Origin: Acinetobacter phage Mokit
Sequence record: MW388002.1
Length of the DNA: 64,000 nucleotides
Direction: 5' to 3' (one strand)
Shown here: positions 55,892-64,000 of the stretch, piece by piece
Layout of the letters: each line of letters begins with the position of its first letter
How positions within the stretch are numbered: the stretch's first letter is position 1
Translations under genes and position numbers: made by a program
Notes under the pieces: generated by a model
What the model was told of the DNA's origin: nothing
The model's database searches: none
What the model saw: the letters and a program-made list of their open reading frames with translations, nothing else

Positions 55892-56478
55892 TTGAGGCCT
55901 ACTGGAATTTCATGTGCGAATGCATGAACATCGAACTTAGGTAATGGAATGAGATGTGTTTTGTATGAAGAGTATACATTTTCATAGAACTTAATTCTGG
56001 CTTTAATTATATCACGTACCTGATAAAGCGCGATTGGTTTAAAGTCTGTCGCTTCTAATGACGTATTGACATAACGACAATCATCAACAGTTGCAAAATG
56101 AACATGTCCATGGATATTAAATTTGCCACGTAATTCAGAAGGATGCATAGGCGCATGAGACAACCAAAACTCTTTATACTTGACTAGCGCCTTGACATCA
56201 TCAAAAACTTCACATAATTGTTTCATTGATAAATTGTCTGTATCATGGTTACCACAAACAAGAATCTTTTTGCCCGGCCATTTTGCTACTTGTTTAGCAC
56301 GTTCTAAAGTGAATACTGCATCGCCAGTAAAATAACATACATCACGTCTTGTTACTGTGTCATGGTAAACCTTTTCAACATGTTCAAAATGATCTTGTTC
56401 ATCACGAAATTGAGTTCTAAATCTTGCAACGTTACCATGTCCAAGATGAGCATCGCCTAAAAATAATACATTTGACAT
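55888..56478 (-). CDS. calcineurin-like metallophosphoesterase (small, YfcE/Vps29-like)
   Basis: LFLGDAHLGHGN ... ILVCGNHDTD ... HGHVHF phosphoesterase motifs; inserted between 47 and 46. Confidence 0.55.
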   Translation of the reverse strand: MSNVLFLGDAHLGHGNVARFRTQFRDEQDHFEHVEKVYHDTVTRRDVCYFTGDAVFTLERAKQVAKWPGKKILVCGNHDTDNLSMKQLCEVFDDVKALVKYKEFWLSHAPMHPSELRGKFNIHGHVHFATVDDCRYVNTSLEATDFKPIALYQVRDIIKARIKFYENVYSSYKTHLIPLPKFDVHAFAHEIPVGLK

Positions 56479-56487
56479 AATAACCTC

Positions 56488-57501
56488 TTATTTGGTAGCC
56501 TCAACATATAATAATTTTGACATATCTTTAATTGCAGTAGCGTCGTCAGTAGAGAGGTCCTCGATAGATTCAACATATTCTACAATGAGTTCTGCGAGAG
56601 ATTTCACGGTTGATACATCTTCATCCACTTCTAAAGAAGAACTCGTATCGACACGGTTTACTACCTTTAACTCATGAACTACATTCTCTAATGCAGTTTC
56701 AAATGCACTCAGCCCTTTATCAACCTTAGTTACATATAGGCGTACAGAAAGATCACGATAATTTTCTGGATTAATTTGAGTTGGATAGTCAATGCGTCTG
56801 TGCCACATAGTATCATTTTGGATAAATGAAGATTCTTCAGTATCAGTGTCAAATACCCAGAATCCACGCGGGTCATTCTCATCACCGGCAGTCAATGACC
56901 AAGGAGTACCGATGTATGTAACATTTTTGTTTTTTGAAATTGTATGAAAATGTCCTGACCACACGCGTTTATATGACTTTAAAAAATCCGGTTCAGATCC
57001 ATGTGATTGCATGCCTTTATAAAAATAGAACCCATTTAACTCAAAGTGCCCCATACAAAATTTTGATTTTGACGCCTTGATGAATGCCATTATGTCTTCA
57101 CGATTTTCATCACAAATCCATGGAATAAAGTCAATATCTACACCTAAATTAATAGTTTGAGGCGTATCAATTACTACAACGTGATCTAAATGTCCTAACA
57201 ACTCGGTACATGCATTAGGATGAATTTTCTCCTTGAAGTGCATATCATGGTTGCCTACAACAATTATGACCTTGATACCAGCCGCTTGAATTTCATCAAA
57301 TAGTTTTCTGGCAAATTCAATAGTCTTATGAGTAATTGCTTTACGAACATCAAATACGTCACCTGCTTGTAACCAAGTGTTGATGCTATTTGCTTTAGAA
57401 TATTCGATCGCTTGGCGTATTCCTAACATCTGAATGTTTTGGATCCATGGATCGTCTTGCTTGACACCCAAATGCCAATCTCCTAATTTTAAAAATTTCA
57501 T
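56488..57501 (-). CDS. 47: recombination nuclease subunit gp47 (Mre11/SbcD-like)
   Basis: MKFLKLGDWHLGVK...AGDVFDVRKAITHKT...VVGNHDMHF...SGHFHT match T4 gp47. Confidence 0.9.
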   Translation of the reverse strand: MKFLKLGDWHLGVKQDDPWIQNIQMLGIRQAIEYSKANSINTWLQAGDVFDVRKAITHKTIEFARKLFDEIQAAGIKVIIVVGNHDMHFKEKIHPNACTELLGHLDHVVVIDTPQTINLGVDIDFIPWICDENREDIMAFIKASKSKFCMGHFELNGFYFYKGMQSHGSEPDFLKSYKRVWSGHFHTISKNKNVTYIGTPWSLTAGDENDPRGFWVFDTDTEESSFIQNDTMWHRRIDYPTQINPENYRDLSVRLYVTKVDKGLSAFETALENVVHELKVVNRVDTSSSLEVDEDVSTVKSLAELIVEYVESIEDLSTDDATAIKDMSKLLYVEATK

Positions 57502-57584
57502 TCTAGGGTCCTATAAGGTAATAAAACTATTATATACCATGTTGGTATGTTAGTAAACAACACAGGGACCAAAGTCCCTGTAAT

Positions 57585-57932
57585 TTATTTTTGTTTTGAC
57601 GCTGCACGAGCAATATCAAACAATGCTTGACGAGAAGATTTCCACATAGATTCTACAAGTTCATCTGTATATGGTTGACGATAAAAATCACGAAGCTTTT
57701 TGATTGCGTAGATATAACCAGTTTTGTTATTCTTTTCTAGACATTCAGCCGCATGGCGTTTAAGGCGATCTAATTCACGTTTGTTTTTCTTAATTAGCTT
57801 TTCAGCCTTTTGGCGAGCTTGGGCTTCAATACGAGATTGAATTGCTTGAGCGTCAAATGATGCATCGATTTCTTCGAGTTCTTCGGTTCTTGATTCACTC
57901 TCGGTAAATAAGTGTTCAATATTTGCTTGCAT
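57585..57932 (-). CDS. hypothetical coiled-coil protein
   Basis: 115 aa ORF. Confidence 0.45.
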   Translation of the reverse strand: MQANIEHLFTESESRTEELEEIDASFDAQAIQSRIEAQARQKAEKLIKKNKRELDRLKRHAAECLEKNNKTGYIYAIKKLRDFYRQPYTDELVESMWKSSRQALFDIARAASKQK

Positions 57933-57936
57933 TGCA

Positions 57937-58086
57937 TTATCCTTGATTGAGTGTTAAGTAAAGACCTGAATCTTGAACATTAAGCGAAAATTCAAGTTCA
58001 GGATCAAATTCAAGTAATTCAGTTTCAGAGGCGAAAAAATCTTTCTCTTCGTTCAATAAATGAGTTAAATCAAATACTTTCTCCAT
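57937..58086 (-). CDS. possible small acidic protein (49 aa)
   Basis: ORF overlapping the 3' end of gene 55 in another frame; internal ATG 58086; weak RBS. Confidence 0.25.
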   Translation of the reverse strand: MEKVFDLTHLLNEEKDFFASETELLEFDPELEFSLNVQDSGLYLTLNQG

Positions 58087-58612
58087 ATAAAAAGTCCAGT
58101 GCATTTGTAGCTTCAACCGTAGGTTTTTCTTTAGGTTGTGCTTTAGTCGAAGCTTCATATTGTGTCATTTTATCATAGATGTCTTGAATAAATGCTTCAT
58201 CTGCAATAGAAGTCATTTCAGGATCTCTAGAATCATACACGTTGTTAATAAAGTAGCTGTACTTTACCGCAGTTTGTTTGCGTTCTTTTTTGATACGCTG
58301 AATAAATGCATTAAAACAAGCCATAGTGATATATGCATGAGGATTATCGTATTTTGTCTCATCAAAATTGATGAGTCCTTTAATTGCAGCCTCTACACCA
58401 TCACCAATCATTTCTTCTTTCCAGGCCGGTGTATAGCCAGAAAAGTTAAAACGTTTTGATAGACCTCTTGAAATAAGAAGTATTGCTCTTCCAATAGTAT
58501 CATTTTGTTTGACAATTGTACCAGCGGCTCTACACTCTTCCTTCCAAGAACATATAGCTTCATACAATTCTTTGTTATTCACATAGTTGTGCTTAACTTG
58601 TGTATTACTCAT
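58070..58612 (-). CDS. 55: late-transcription sigma factor gp55
   Basis: [12 protein letters not shown]...[27 protein letters not shown]...[21 protein letters not shown]...KYSYF..NVYDSRD match T4 gp55 nearly end to end. Confidence 0.9.
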   Translation of the reverse strand: MSNTQVKHNYVNNKELYEAICSWKEECRAAGTIVKQNDTIGRAILLISRGLSKRFNFSGYTPAWKEEMIGDGVEAAIKGLINFDETKYDNPHAYITMACFNAFIQRIKKERKQTAVKYSYFINNVYDSRDPEMTSIADEAFIQDIYDKMTQYEASTKAQPKEKPTVEATNALDFLYGESI

Positions 58613-58666
58613 TAAAATCTCTCCTAAGTAAGCTCAAATATTTGATGAAGCATACTTTAATATTTA

Positions 58667-59038
58667 TCAACTCGACAAAGTGTCTAATGGCGAAAATTCC
58701 ACAACACGAAATAACAAGTCTTCAAAATATTTGACAACCCGATCATGTTCTTTACCAGATGCATGTATCAATTCATTTGAATCACTATCAAACACATATA
58801 CATCTAAAATTTCATTTTTGTCATGTAAAATAGAACCAATTTGTTCACCATTAACGCCAAATATCAGAGCTCGAACATAGCCATTTGACAAGTCTAGGTC
58901 AACGTATCCTAATGGATACGTTTCTACTTTTACACGTCCAAAAGTCCAAAAACCTCGCTCTACTAGACGAGTTCCATTGGCGGTATACATCCCGCTTATT
59001 TTTGGAAATAAATGAAAAACGTTTTTAAGAACTTTCAT
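58667..59038 (-). CDS. hypothetical protein (123 aa)
   Basis: ORF. Confidence 0.45.
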   Translation of the reverse strand: MKVLKNVFHLFPKISGMYTANGTRLVERGFWTFGRVKVETYPLGYVDLDLSNGYVRALIFGVNGEQIGSILHDKNEILDVYVFDSDSNELIHASGKEHDRVVKYFEDLLFRVVEFSPLDTLSS

Positions 59039-59113
59039 ATCTATGCCTATAAAATTTCATTTAAAATTATTATACTACACCTTGTGATATAGCAAAGGGA
59101 CCCTAAGGGTCCC

Positions 59114-59395
59114 TTAAAATGTATCATAGCCTAATGTCAAAAGATGATCTTTAAGCTCTTTTACTCTAACACGTTCACCATCTATAAAAATATATGGCAG
59201 AAATAATTTTGAAACTGCGATCTTTGTTTTTAACTCTGCATATAACTCATCATCAATTTTTGGGTATCCATCTACCAATTTGACAATTCGTTTAAATGTG
59301 AATGGTAGCCCGGCCTCGTTAAAGGTTTTTCTTGCGCTCTCACAACCTGCGCACTTAAATGTCTCTTCTTCAATACCATAAATTTCAATATTCAT
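59114..59395 (-). CDS. nrdH: glutaredoxin-like protein (NrdH-type)
   Basis: MNIEIYGIEEETFKCAGCESARK - beta-strand then CxxC; track ORF's first 12 hydrophobic codons overlap the upstream gene, internal ATG (M13) used. Confidence 0.55.
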   Translation of the reverse strand: MNIEIYGIEEETFKCAGCESARKTFNEAGLPFTFKRIVKLVDGYPKIDDELYAELKTKIAVSKLFLPYIFIDGERVRVKELKDHLLTLGYDTF

Positions 59396-59639
59396 CTTTG
59401 ATAAATCCACTATAATGAATAAAATTTTCAAGTTCTACAAAATCGATACCAGAGATTTGCAACTCGTTGATTGTTGCTTCGAGTAATCGATTTGAAACTC
59501 TTGCGGTAGTCGGCAATTCAGCAGTTTGTTTATATCCGTTGCTCCATGTTTCAAAGTGAATCATGTCGTCTTGACATACAACATACAATATGTCACCGGT
59601 GCATGTTTCATAACGTATAGATTGAGCTATAACTTTCAT
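59385..59639 (-). CDS. hypothetical protein (84 aa)
   Basis: ORF. Confidence 0.4.
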   Translation of the reverse strand: MKVIAQSIRYETCTGDILYVVCQDDMIHFETWSNGYKQTAELPTTARVSNRLLEATINELQISGIDFVELENFIHYSGFIKDEY

Positions 59640-60118
59640 GATTTATCCTTTAAAAATAATTTTAGAGCCTTTTTGAAGATTGGAACACGTTTAGCCTTTG
59701 TACACTTAGGCGGAAATTCAATACCGAATGTGCTTGCAAGTTCGTCCATTGCGGATAAATCTAAACGAGAAAAGTGCTTTGTCAAATCATTAACATATGC
59801 CGGATGGGTATTATGTTCGGTTAAGTCTACACGGTAGTATTCAGATAATCTCATAAAATATTCTGAGATATCGACGCCTTTGCTTTTTAATCCTGAACTA
59901 TCAAATTTATGCTTTAATTGCCCTTCTAAAGCATTACAATACCCGCACAATAACGCTCTAACTTTGCCAGCATTAGGACCATGCAATGAGTGATCATGGT
60001 CTAGGTGATTAGATTTTATATCAGATGATAATTCTCTTTGACATAAAGGGCAAATTCCATTTTGTAAATGAAACAATCTAATTTTTTCTTCTTCAAATTT
60101 TTTACCGATTAATAACAT
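59636..60118 (-). CDS. 49: endonuclease VII (gp49, Holliday-junction resolvase)
   Basis: MLLIGKKFEEEK...QNGICPLCQREL...HLDHDH.L.GP.AGKVR.LLC..CNA.EGQ.KHKF match T4 gp49. Confidence 0.9.
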   Translation of the reverse strand: MLLIGKKFEEEKIRLFHLQNGICPLCQRELSSDIKSNHLDHDHSLHGPNAGKVRALLCGYCNALEGQLKHKFDSSGLKSKGVDISEYFMRLSEYYRVDLTEHNTHPAYVNDLTKHFSRLDLSAMDELASTFGIEFPPKCTKAKRVPIFKKALKLFLKDKS

Positions 60119-60151
60119 ACTATCACCTCTGTAGATGATAGTATTTATTGC

Positions 60152-60427
60152 TTACGGTATTACACGATATGAATCATTTGCATCTAAAATACACCAATAG
60201 TCTGCTAGTTTTGGCTCAGCTGCAATATCAATGATTTCGCCTGTTTCAGGATTTTTTAACTTATCAATACCCCAAATGTCATTAATTAATATTGTGACAT
60301 TTTCTATAAGGTACGGAGTAGCAGGCTTTAATTCAGGAAAATACTGTGTAATGAACGCGTTATCATCAAAAAACTTCTTATTGATGATAACAGTATTCCC
60401 GACACTAGGTTTTATTCGTATTGGCAT
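60152..60427 (-). CDS. hypothetical protein (91 aa)
   Basis: ORF. Confidence 0.45.
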   Translation of the reverse strand: MPIRIKPSVGNTVIINKKFFDDNAFITQYFPELKPATPYLIENVTILINDIWGIDKLKNPETGEIIDIAAEPKLADYWCILDANDSYRVIP

Positions 60428-60704
60428 TTATCACCTCATATTCTGACGGATTTGATGATGAAAGAAAGGCCCACCATTTTGCTTTAGGTTGTTCGCCTTC
60501 TGGCAAATGATATACTTCGTTGACATTGAATTTCTCAGAAGTTTCGACACATACTAATTCGATTGCACCTATCATTTCTTGTAACTCTCTGATTGCGGTA
60601 ATTCTATACGAATTATCCTGAGATAACTCAGGATAATGTAGTAAAAAATCATCAGAAGTGTTAAAGAAACAATCGGTCAATTTAACGATTGTTCCAATTT
60701 GCAT
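60405..60704 (-). CDS. hypothetical protein (99 aa from internal ATG)
   Basis: Track ORF overlaps the upstream gene by ~170 nt; ATG 60704 placed 1 nt past that gene's stop with AAGGTGTAAT RBS. Confidence 0.4.
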   Translation of the reverse strand: MQIGTIVKLTDCFFNTSDDFLLHYPELSQDNSYRITAIRELQEMIGAIELVCVETSEKFNVNEVYHLPEGEQPKAKWWAFLSSSNPSEYEVINANTNKT

Positions 60705-60705
60705 A

Positions 60706-61032
60706 TTACACCTTATTGAAAAAATGTGAAGTGAAATTTGTAAAGAAGGCCCAGAATAATTCATCTTCTGGATCAATTTCAAAAACTTTGCCGGTTGATA
60801 CACATTTAAGTGCAGTACATCCTTTAGTTGTCTCGAGAAGCTCAGTAAATTCATCTTCTGCCTGAGTTTCTCGAGCACCTACAATAAAGAATTGTTTTGA
60901 GTTTTTCATTTCTGGAAATAATTTTAGTAGTGGCTTAATGCTACGTAGTCCTTCAGTAGTGAATTCAATAATATCGCCAGTACGGAAGTCAACAGGAGTT
61001 AAGTAAGTAGTATTCATTTCAATTTCCTTCAA
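60706..61032 (-). CDS. hypothetical protein (108 aa)
   Basis: ORF. Confidence 0.45.
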   Translation of the reverse strand: MKEIEMNTTYLTPVDFRTGDIIEFTTEGLRSIKPLLKLFPEMKNSKQFFIVGARETQAEDEFTELLETTKGCTALKCVSTGKVFEIDPEDELFWAFFTNFTSHFFNKV

Positions 61033-61056
61033 TTAAACTCAAAAATATTTTAAAAC

Positions 61057-61335
61057 TTATTTGGATAAAGCAATGTCTTTGCGAAGTTCAGCAAAACCAC
61101 CAATATGTACATCACCTTTAAAGATAACCGGCAACGAGATTCCAACTGGGCTAGTTTTTCCTAGTTTGGCTAACATGCCATGAAATTCTTTAGTCCAAAT
61201 AGGGCCATTTTCATCTGTGCCACTTGCAATGCTAACAAATTCGTATTCTTTGCCTTTAGCTGTGCATAAACGTTTTGCACTATCGCAATTGATACATTTT
61301 TGAACTTCTGGTAGATAGCCATATATTGTGTACAT
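61057..61335 (-). CDS. nrdC: thioredoxin/glutaredoxin (NrdC)
   Basis: MYTIYGY....KCINCDSAKRL...LP.IF..D..HIGGF..LRK matches T4 NrdC (87 aa). Confidence 0.75.
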   Translation of the reverse strand: MYTIYGYLPEVQKCINCDSAKRLCTAKGKEYEFVSIASGTDENGPIWTKEFHGMLAKLGKTSPVGISLPVIFKGDVHIGGFAELRKDIALSK

Positions 61336-61415
61336 CTTAATTCCTCTAATTTAAATATGATCTATCATATTTATATGAGGTTATTGTATACAATAACCTC
61401 ATATGTGTAAATACT

Positions 61416-62423
61416 TTATTTTGAAAGAATTTTAATAGTTTCTTCAAGTGCAGAAACTTTTCGTGCAAATTCTACCTTTGCATCACGAAGTGTTTGAATT
61501 CGTGAAAGTAGTTCAGTGATAGTATCATCAGCCTCGCTATCCTGTTTTTTCAGTGCATCTATATTAGCCTGAACTAGTTCTATTGCAACAGTTGTGCCAA
61601 TCTTTTCTCCTGGATTTGACACCATGAACAGTGGTGACTTGCTCATTACTGTAACTTGTGGTGTCTGTTCACGTAGTGTGACTTTTAATGAATACGCATT
61701 AACACCTTGTTCAATTTTTAAATTAGTGCACTGCGATAATAACTTGTACATCTTTTCCGCAATCGCAAGGGCATTTGAACGTGCATTCGGATGATCAAAT
61801 GTAGGATGAAATCGAATAGTGCACGTAGAATTATTTACACTTGAATCTACACTAATTATGGTATGCTCAAGCTTAACACCTGGAATTGTCGCACCATTCT
61901 GAGTTCGATGCCCGATGTTTGCCAGATTTTGAATACTTCGATTATTAGTTCGTTCTAAACGTAGCATACCAGAAATAATTGATGCCAACTGATCGTCAAC
62001 AAATTTACTTAATGAAAATGAAGTTCGATTTGTGGCCTTCACATTAGAATTATAATCTGTTATGTAAAATTCTTCGCCCGTGTCCTTAACAGTACAAAAA
62101 TTTCGTATGCGATGGGTAATTAATATACGTGAGGCCCAGTTGGTTTTGATTAATTTTGCAATTAAATTTGGTGCTTGAGAAGCACTTAATGCAGAGTAAT
62201 GTGTAAGAATTCGTCTAAGAATCTTTTCGATTTCATCAGATGGTGCGCTGTCAAAAACACGACTCAATTCAAAGTGGATATTTCGTTGTACAGTGTTTGC
62301 TATAACATGTGGCAAACCTTCATTTGATGAGATTTTATGACGACACGCATTAGCATTAATTGTGGCTTCAAACTGACTGCGAACGATGTCACTAATAATA
62401 GATTTAAATGTAGATTTATTCAT
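61416..62423 (-). CDS. hypothetical protein (335 aa)
   Basis: long ORF with C-terminal coiled coil. Confidence 0.5.
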   Translation of the reverse strand: MNKSTFKSIISDIVRSQFEATINANACRHKISSNEGLPHVIANTVQRNIHFELSRVFDSAPSDEIEKILRRILTHYSALSASQAPNLIAKLIKTNWASRILITHRIRNFCTVKDTGEEFYITDYNSNVKATNRTSFSLSKFVDDQLASIISGMLRLERTNNRSIQNLANIGHRTQNGATIPGVKLEHTIISVDSSVNNSTCTIRFHPTFDHPNARSNALAIAEKMYKLLSQCTNLKIEQGVNAYSLKVTLREQTPQVTVMSKSPLFMVSNPGEKIGTTVAIELVQANIDALKKQDSEADDTITELLSRIQTLRDAKVEFARKVSALEETIKILSK

Positions 62424-62429
62424 GCCATA

Positions 62430-62485
62430 TAACCTTTAGGATATTATGAGACTATTATAACAATACTCTCATAATATGTAAACAC
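62430..62485 (-). promoter_or_regulatory. PeSL-type early promoter (stem atgagagt/actctcat)
   Basis: ttatgagactattataacaatactctcataatatgtaaacac. Confidence 0.45.
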
Positions 62486-62487
62486 TT

Positions 62488-63075
62488 TTAAATTAAATTT
62501 ACAGCCTTTGCAATTGCATATGAAATTCGTGGCATGGCAATACCTGTACCGAAATATACAATTTCGCCTTCATGAGTTCGTTTACCGTATGAACCTAGTT
62601 CAACACCTTTGTATTCAATATCGAGTCCTTGTGGAGCATCAACAACTATTGCGTCTTTGAGTCCTTCTTGTCTAAAAAATGCTAAAGCATCAGTCACGAC
62701 TGTTCGTTCAAATGAAATTAACTCAAGTTTCAGAAAAATTTCTAAATGAGAATCATCAATGACACGCTCATTTCGCTGACATGGCGTCAACATCATGAAC
62801 TTACCGTTCGGTGAAATAGGTGTTCCACGTGTTTTGTATCGAGTCATCATATCATAGAATGACTGTTCAGCACTGCCTACATAAAAATTATCTTCGTCAT
62901 GCGCCAAAGGAACAGCACCTTCAGGGATAGTTTTGTTAATTGCTTGTATGCCAACACATTGCGCAGCAGAAATTGGTTTATAACCGAGTTTTTTGTAAAA
63001 TTCAATTGCTCGTAATAATTGAGGCAAATTAATTTCAAACCGTGCGTCTACAATATTTAAATTAGGCTCAAACAT
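62488..63075 (-). CDS. hypothetical protein (195 aa)
   Basis: ORF. Confidence 0.45.
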   Translation of the reverse strand: MFEPNLNIVDARFEINLPQLLRAIEFYKKLGYKPISAAQCVGIQAINKTIPEGAVPLAHDEDNFYVGSAEQSFYDMMTRYKTRGTPISPNGKFMMLTPCQRNERVIDDSHLEIFLKLELISFERTVVTDALAFFRQEGLKDAIVVDAPQGLDIEYKGVELGSYGKRTHEGEIVYFGTGIAMPRISYAIAKAVNLI

Positions 63076-63683
63076 TCTAATGCCTCTTTAAGTTTAGATT
63101 TGTCAGCTAATGGAGATCGAATTTCATGGCGTGTAAATTTCACTAGAGTCCCTTTAGACTCAGCACAATAATGAGTATTATCATTTCTATGAAATACATT
63201 ACCTGCTGAAATGCAAGGTTTACCATGAGGAACATATATCATACCAAAGACCACTTCGCCTACGGTAGTAAAGCCCTTGAGAGTAGATTCAGACTGCATA
63301 GGCAAACTAACTGCATCTCGAGTAAACAACATATAGTATGTATTATAATCGAGCCAAATTTTTAATCCACCATCAAATTCATCGACAGACGTTGCATTAT
63401 CAAGCAAATATTTATGTAGAGAGCTCGGTGTACCGAAGGAAGGGCGCCCATTAGATTTAAATGCATTGGCAGTAGTAGCTGCCATCACATCTAAGTCATC
63501 AATAGTTACACCTAAACGCTGCGCTTGAGACTTGACTGCACCAAACAAATCCGACAATTCAACCTGTGCCATAATTTTATTATTTGACGCAAGTGCATCA
63601 ACAAATTCTAGAGCTTCTTCTACTAGTTTGTTAGGACTCAAGTGAGTAGACTTATCAATTGTAGTTACATGATAACCTGCCAT
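63057..63683 (-). CDS. hypothetical protein (208 aa; N-terminus weakly MazG/NTP-PPase-like)
   Basis: LEEALEFVDALASNN...ELSDLFGAV resembles the MazG EExxE...D motif region; weak. Confidence 0.4.
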   Translation of the reverse strand: MAGYHVTTIDKSTHLSPNKLVEEALEFVDALASNNKIMAQVELSDLFGAVKSQAQRLGVTIDDLDVMAATTANAFKSNGRPSFGTPSSLHKYLLDNATSVDEFDGGLKIWLDYNTYYMLFTRDAVSLPMQSESTLKGFTTVGEVVFGMIYVPHGKPCISAGNVFHRNDNTHYCAESKGTLVKFTRHEIRSPLADKSKLKEALECLSLI

Positions 63684-63997
63684 TATTTGAACTCCTTGAC
63701 AATTTTACCACCATAAAGTGCAAATTGATCTTTGTCTTCGTAGCCATTGGTTTCCCAGGCATGCTTTGTGGTGTTCCATAATTTAAATGGTGAACTAGAA
63801 GTGTCGTAGATTGCTATTTCATCTTTAGATGAATCTTCTTCATTCATGAAATGAACTGCAATCGATGCACGTGTAAGTTCTTTGTTTATCTCTTGTGTTT
63901 TCCAATAGCCTGGATTCGAATATAACACTTCGTCTGCTGTAATAGGACGAAGGCTAATACTTTCAATTGTGTGAATTCCGATCTCACCATAGGGCAA
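63683..63997 (-). CDS. hypothetical protein (104 aa)
   Basis: ORF at the window edge. Confidence 0.4.
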   Translation of the reverse strand: MPYGEIGIHTIESISLRPITADEVLYSNPGYWKTQEINKELTRASIAVHFMNEEDSSKDEIAIYDTSSSPFKLWNTTKHAWETNGYEDKDQFALYGGKIVKEFK

Positions 63998-64000
63998 ATT

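Noticed and set aside
59396-59431. N-terminal 12 codons (MKILFIIVDLSK) of the NrdH-like ORF
   Set aside because: They are hydrophobic, overlap the upstream gene, and are atypical for glutaredoxins. The internal ATG gives the canonical beta-strand-CxxC start.

Overview
This window is an AT-rich, gene-dense stretch of a T4-like (Tevenvirinae-type) myovirus genome. It spans the early/middle replication-recombination region, and essentially every credible gene is on the minus strand with tight packing or start/stop overlaps. Recognisable T4 orthologues appear in conserved T4 order (listed high to low coordinate): NrdC, EndoVII (gp49), NrdH, gp55 late sigma, gp47/gp46 (Mre11/Rad50-like), RpbA-like, gp45 clamp, gp44/gp62 clamp loader, RegA, DNA polymerase gp43 split into 43A and 43B, a dCMP-hydroxymethylase (gp42) cluster, gp41 helicase, gp61 primase, gp56 dCTPase, Dda, DexA, a GH24 lysozyme, topoisomerase large subunit gp39, RNA ligase 2 and rIIA. 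About 70 small ORFs of unknown function fill the gaps between them. Early promoters are of the T4 type (-35 GTTTAC, -10 TATAAT) and are mostly embedded in stem-loops whose arms co-vary (PeSL-like cassettes), some duplicated verbatim. Short GC hairpins with UUCG-type loops mark gene junctions. Two features stand out. First, an expanded DNA-modification cluster around the gp42 hydroxymethylase: two paralogous GT-B glycosyltransferases, a P-loop kinase, a HAD phosphatase, a bifunctional sugar-1-P nucleotidylyltransferase/APH-like kinase and a SIS sugar-phosphate isomerase. This implies the phage makes its own NDP-sugar for hydroxymethylcytosine (hmC) hypermodification. Second, a GC-rich ~85-nt structured element present twice in inverted orientation 33.6 kb apart, with perfectly conserved arms flanking a divergent 20-nt core. 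Each copy is driven by a MotA-box-like (middle) promoter and fused to half of a PeSL. Other notable items are the split gp43 with a 1.7-kb ORF-rich insert, frameshifted or duplicated small genes, a macro-domain protein, a membrane-anchored J-domain protein, an extra metallophosphoesterase between gp47 and gp46, and several ORF-track starts that are TTG-extended beyond the likely true ATG. Non-CDS coordinates are approximate (about +/-3 nt).
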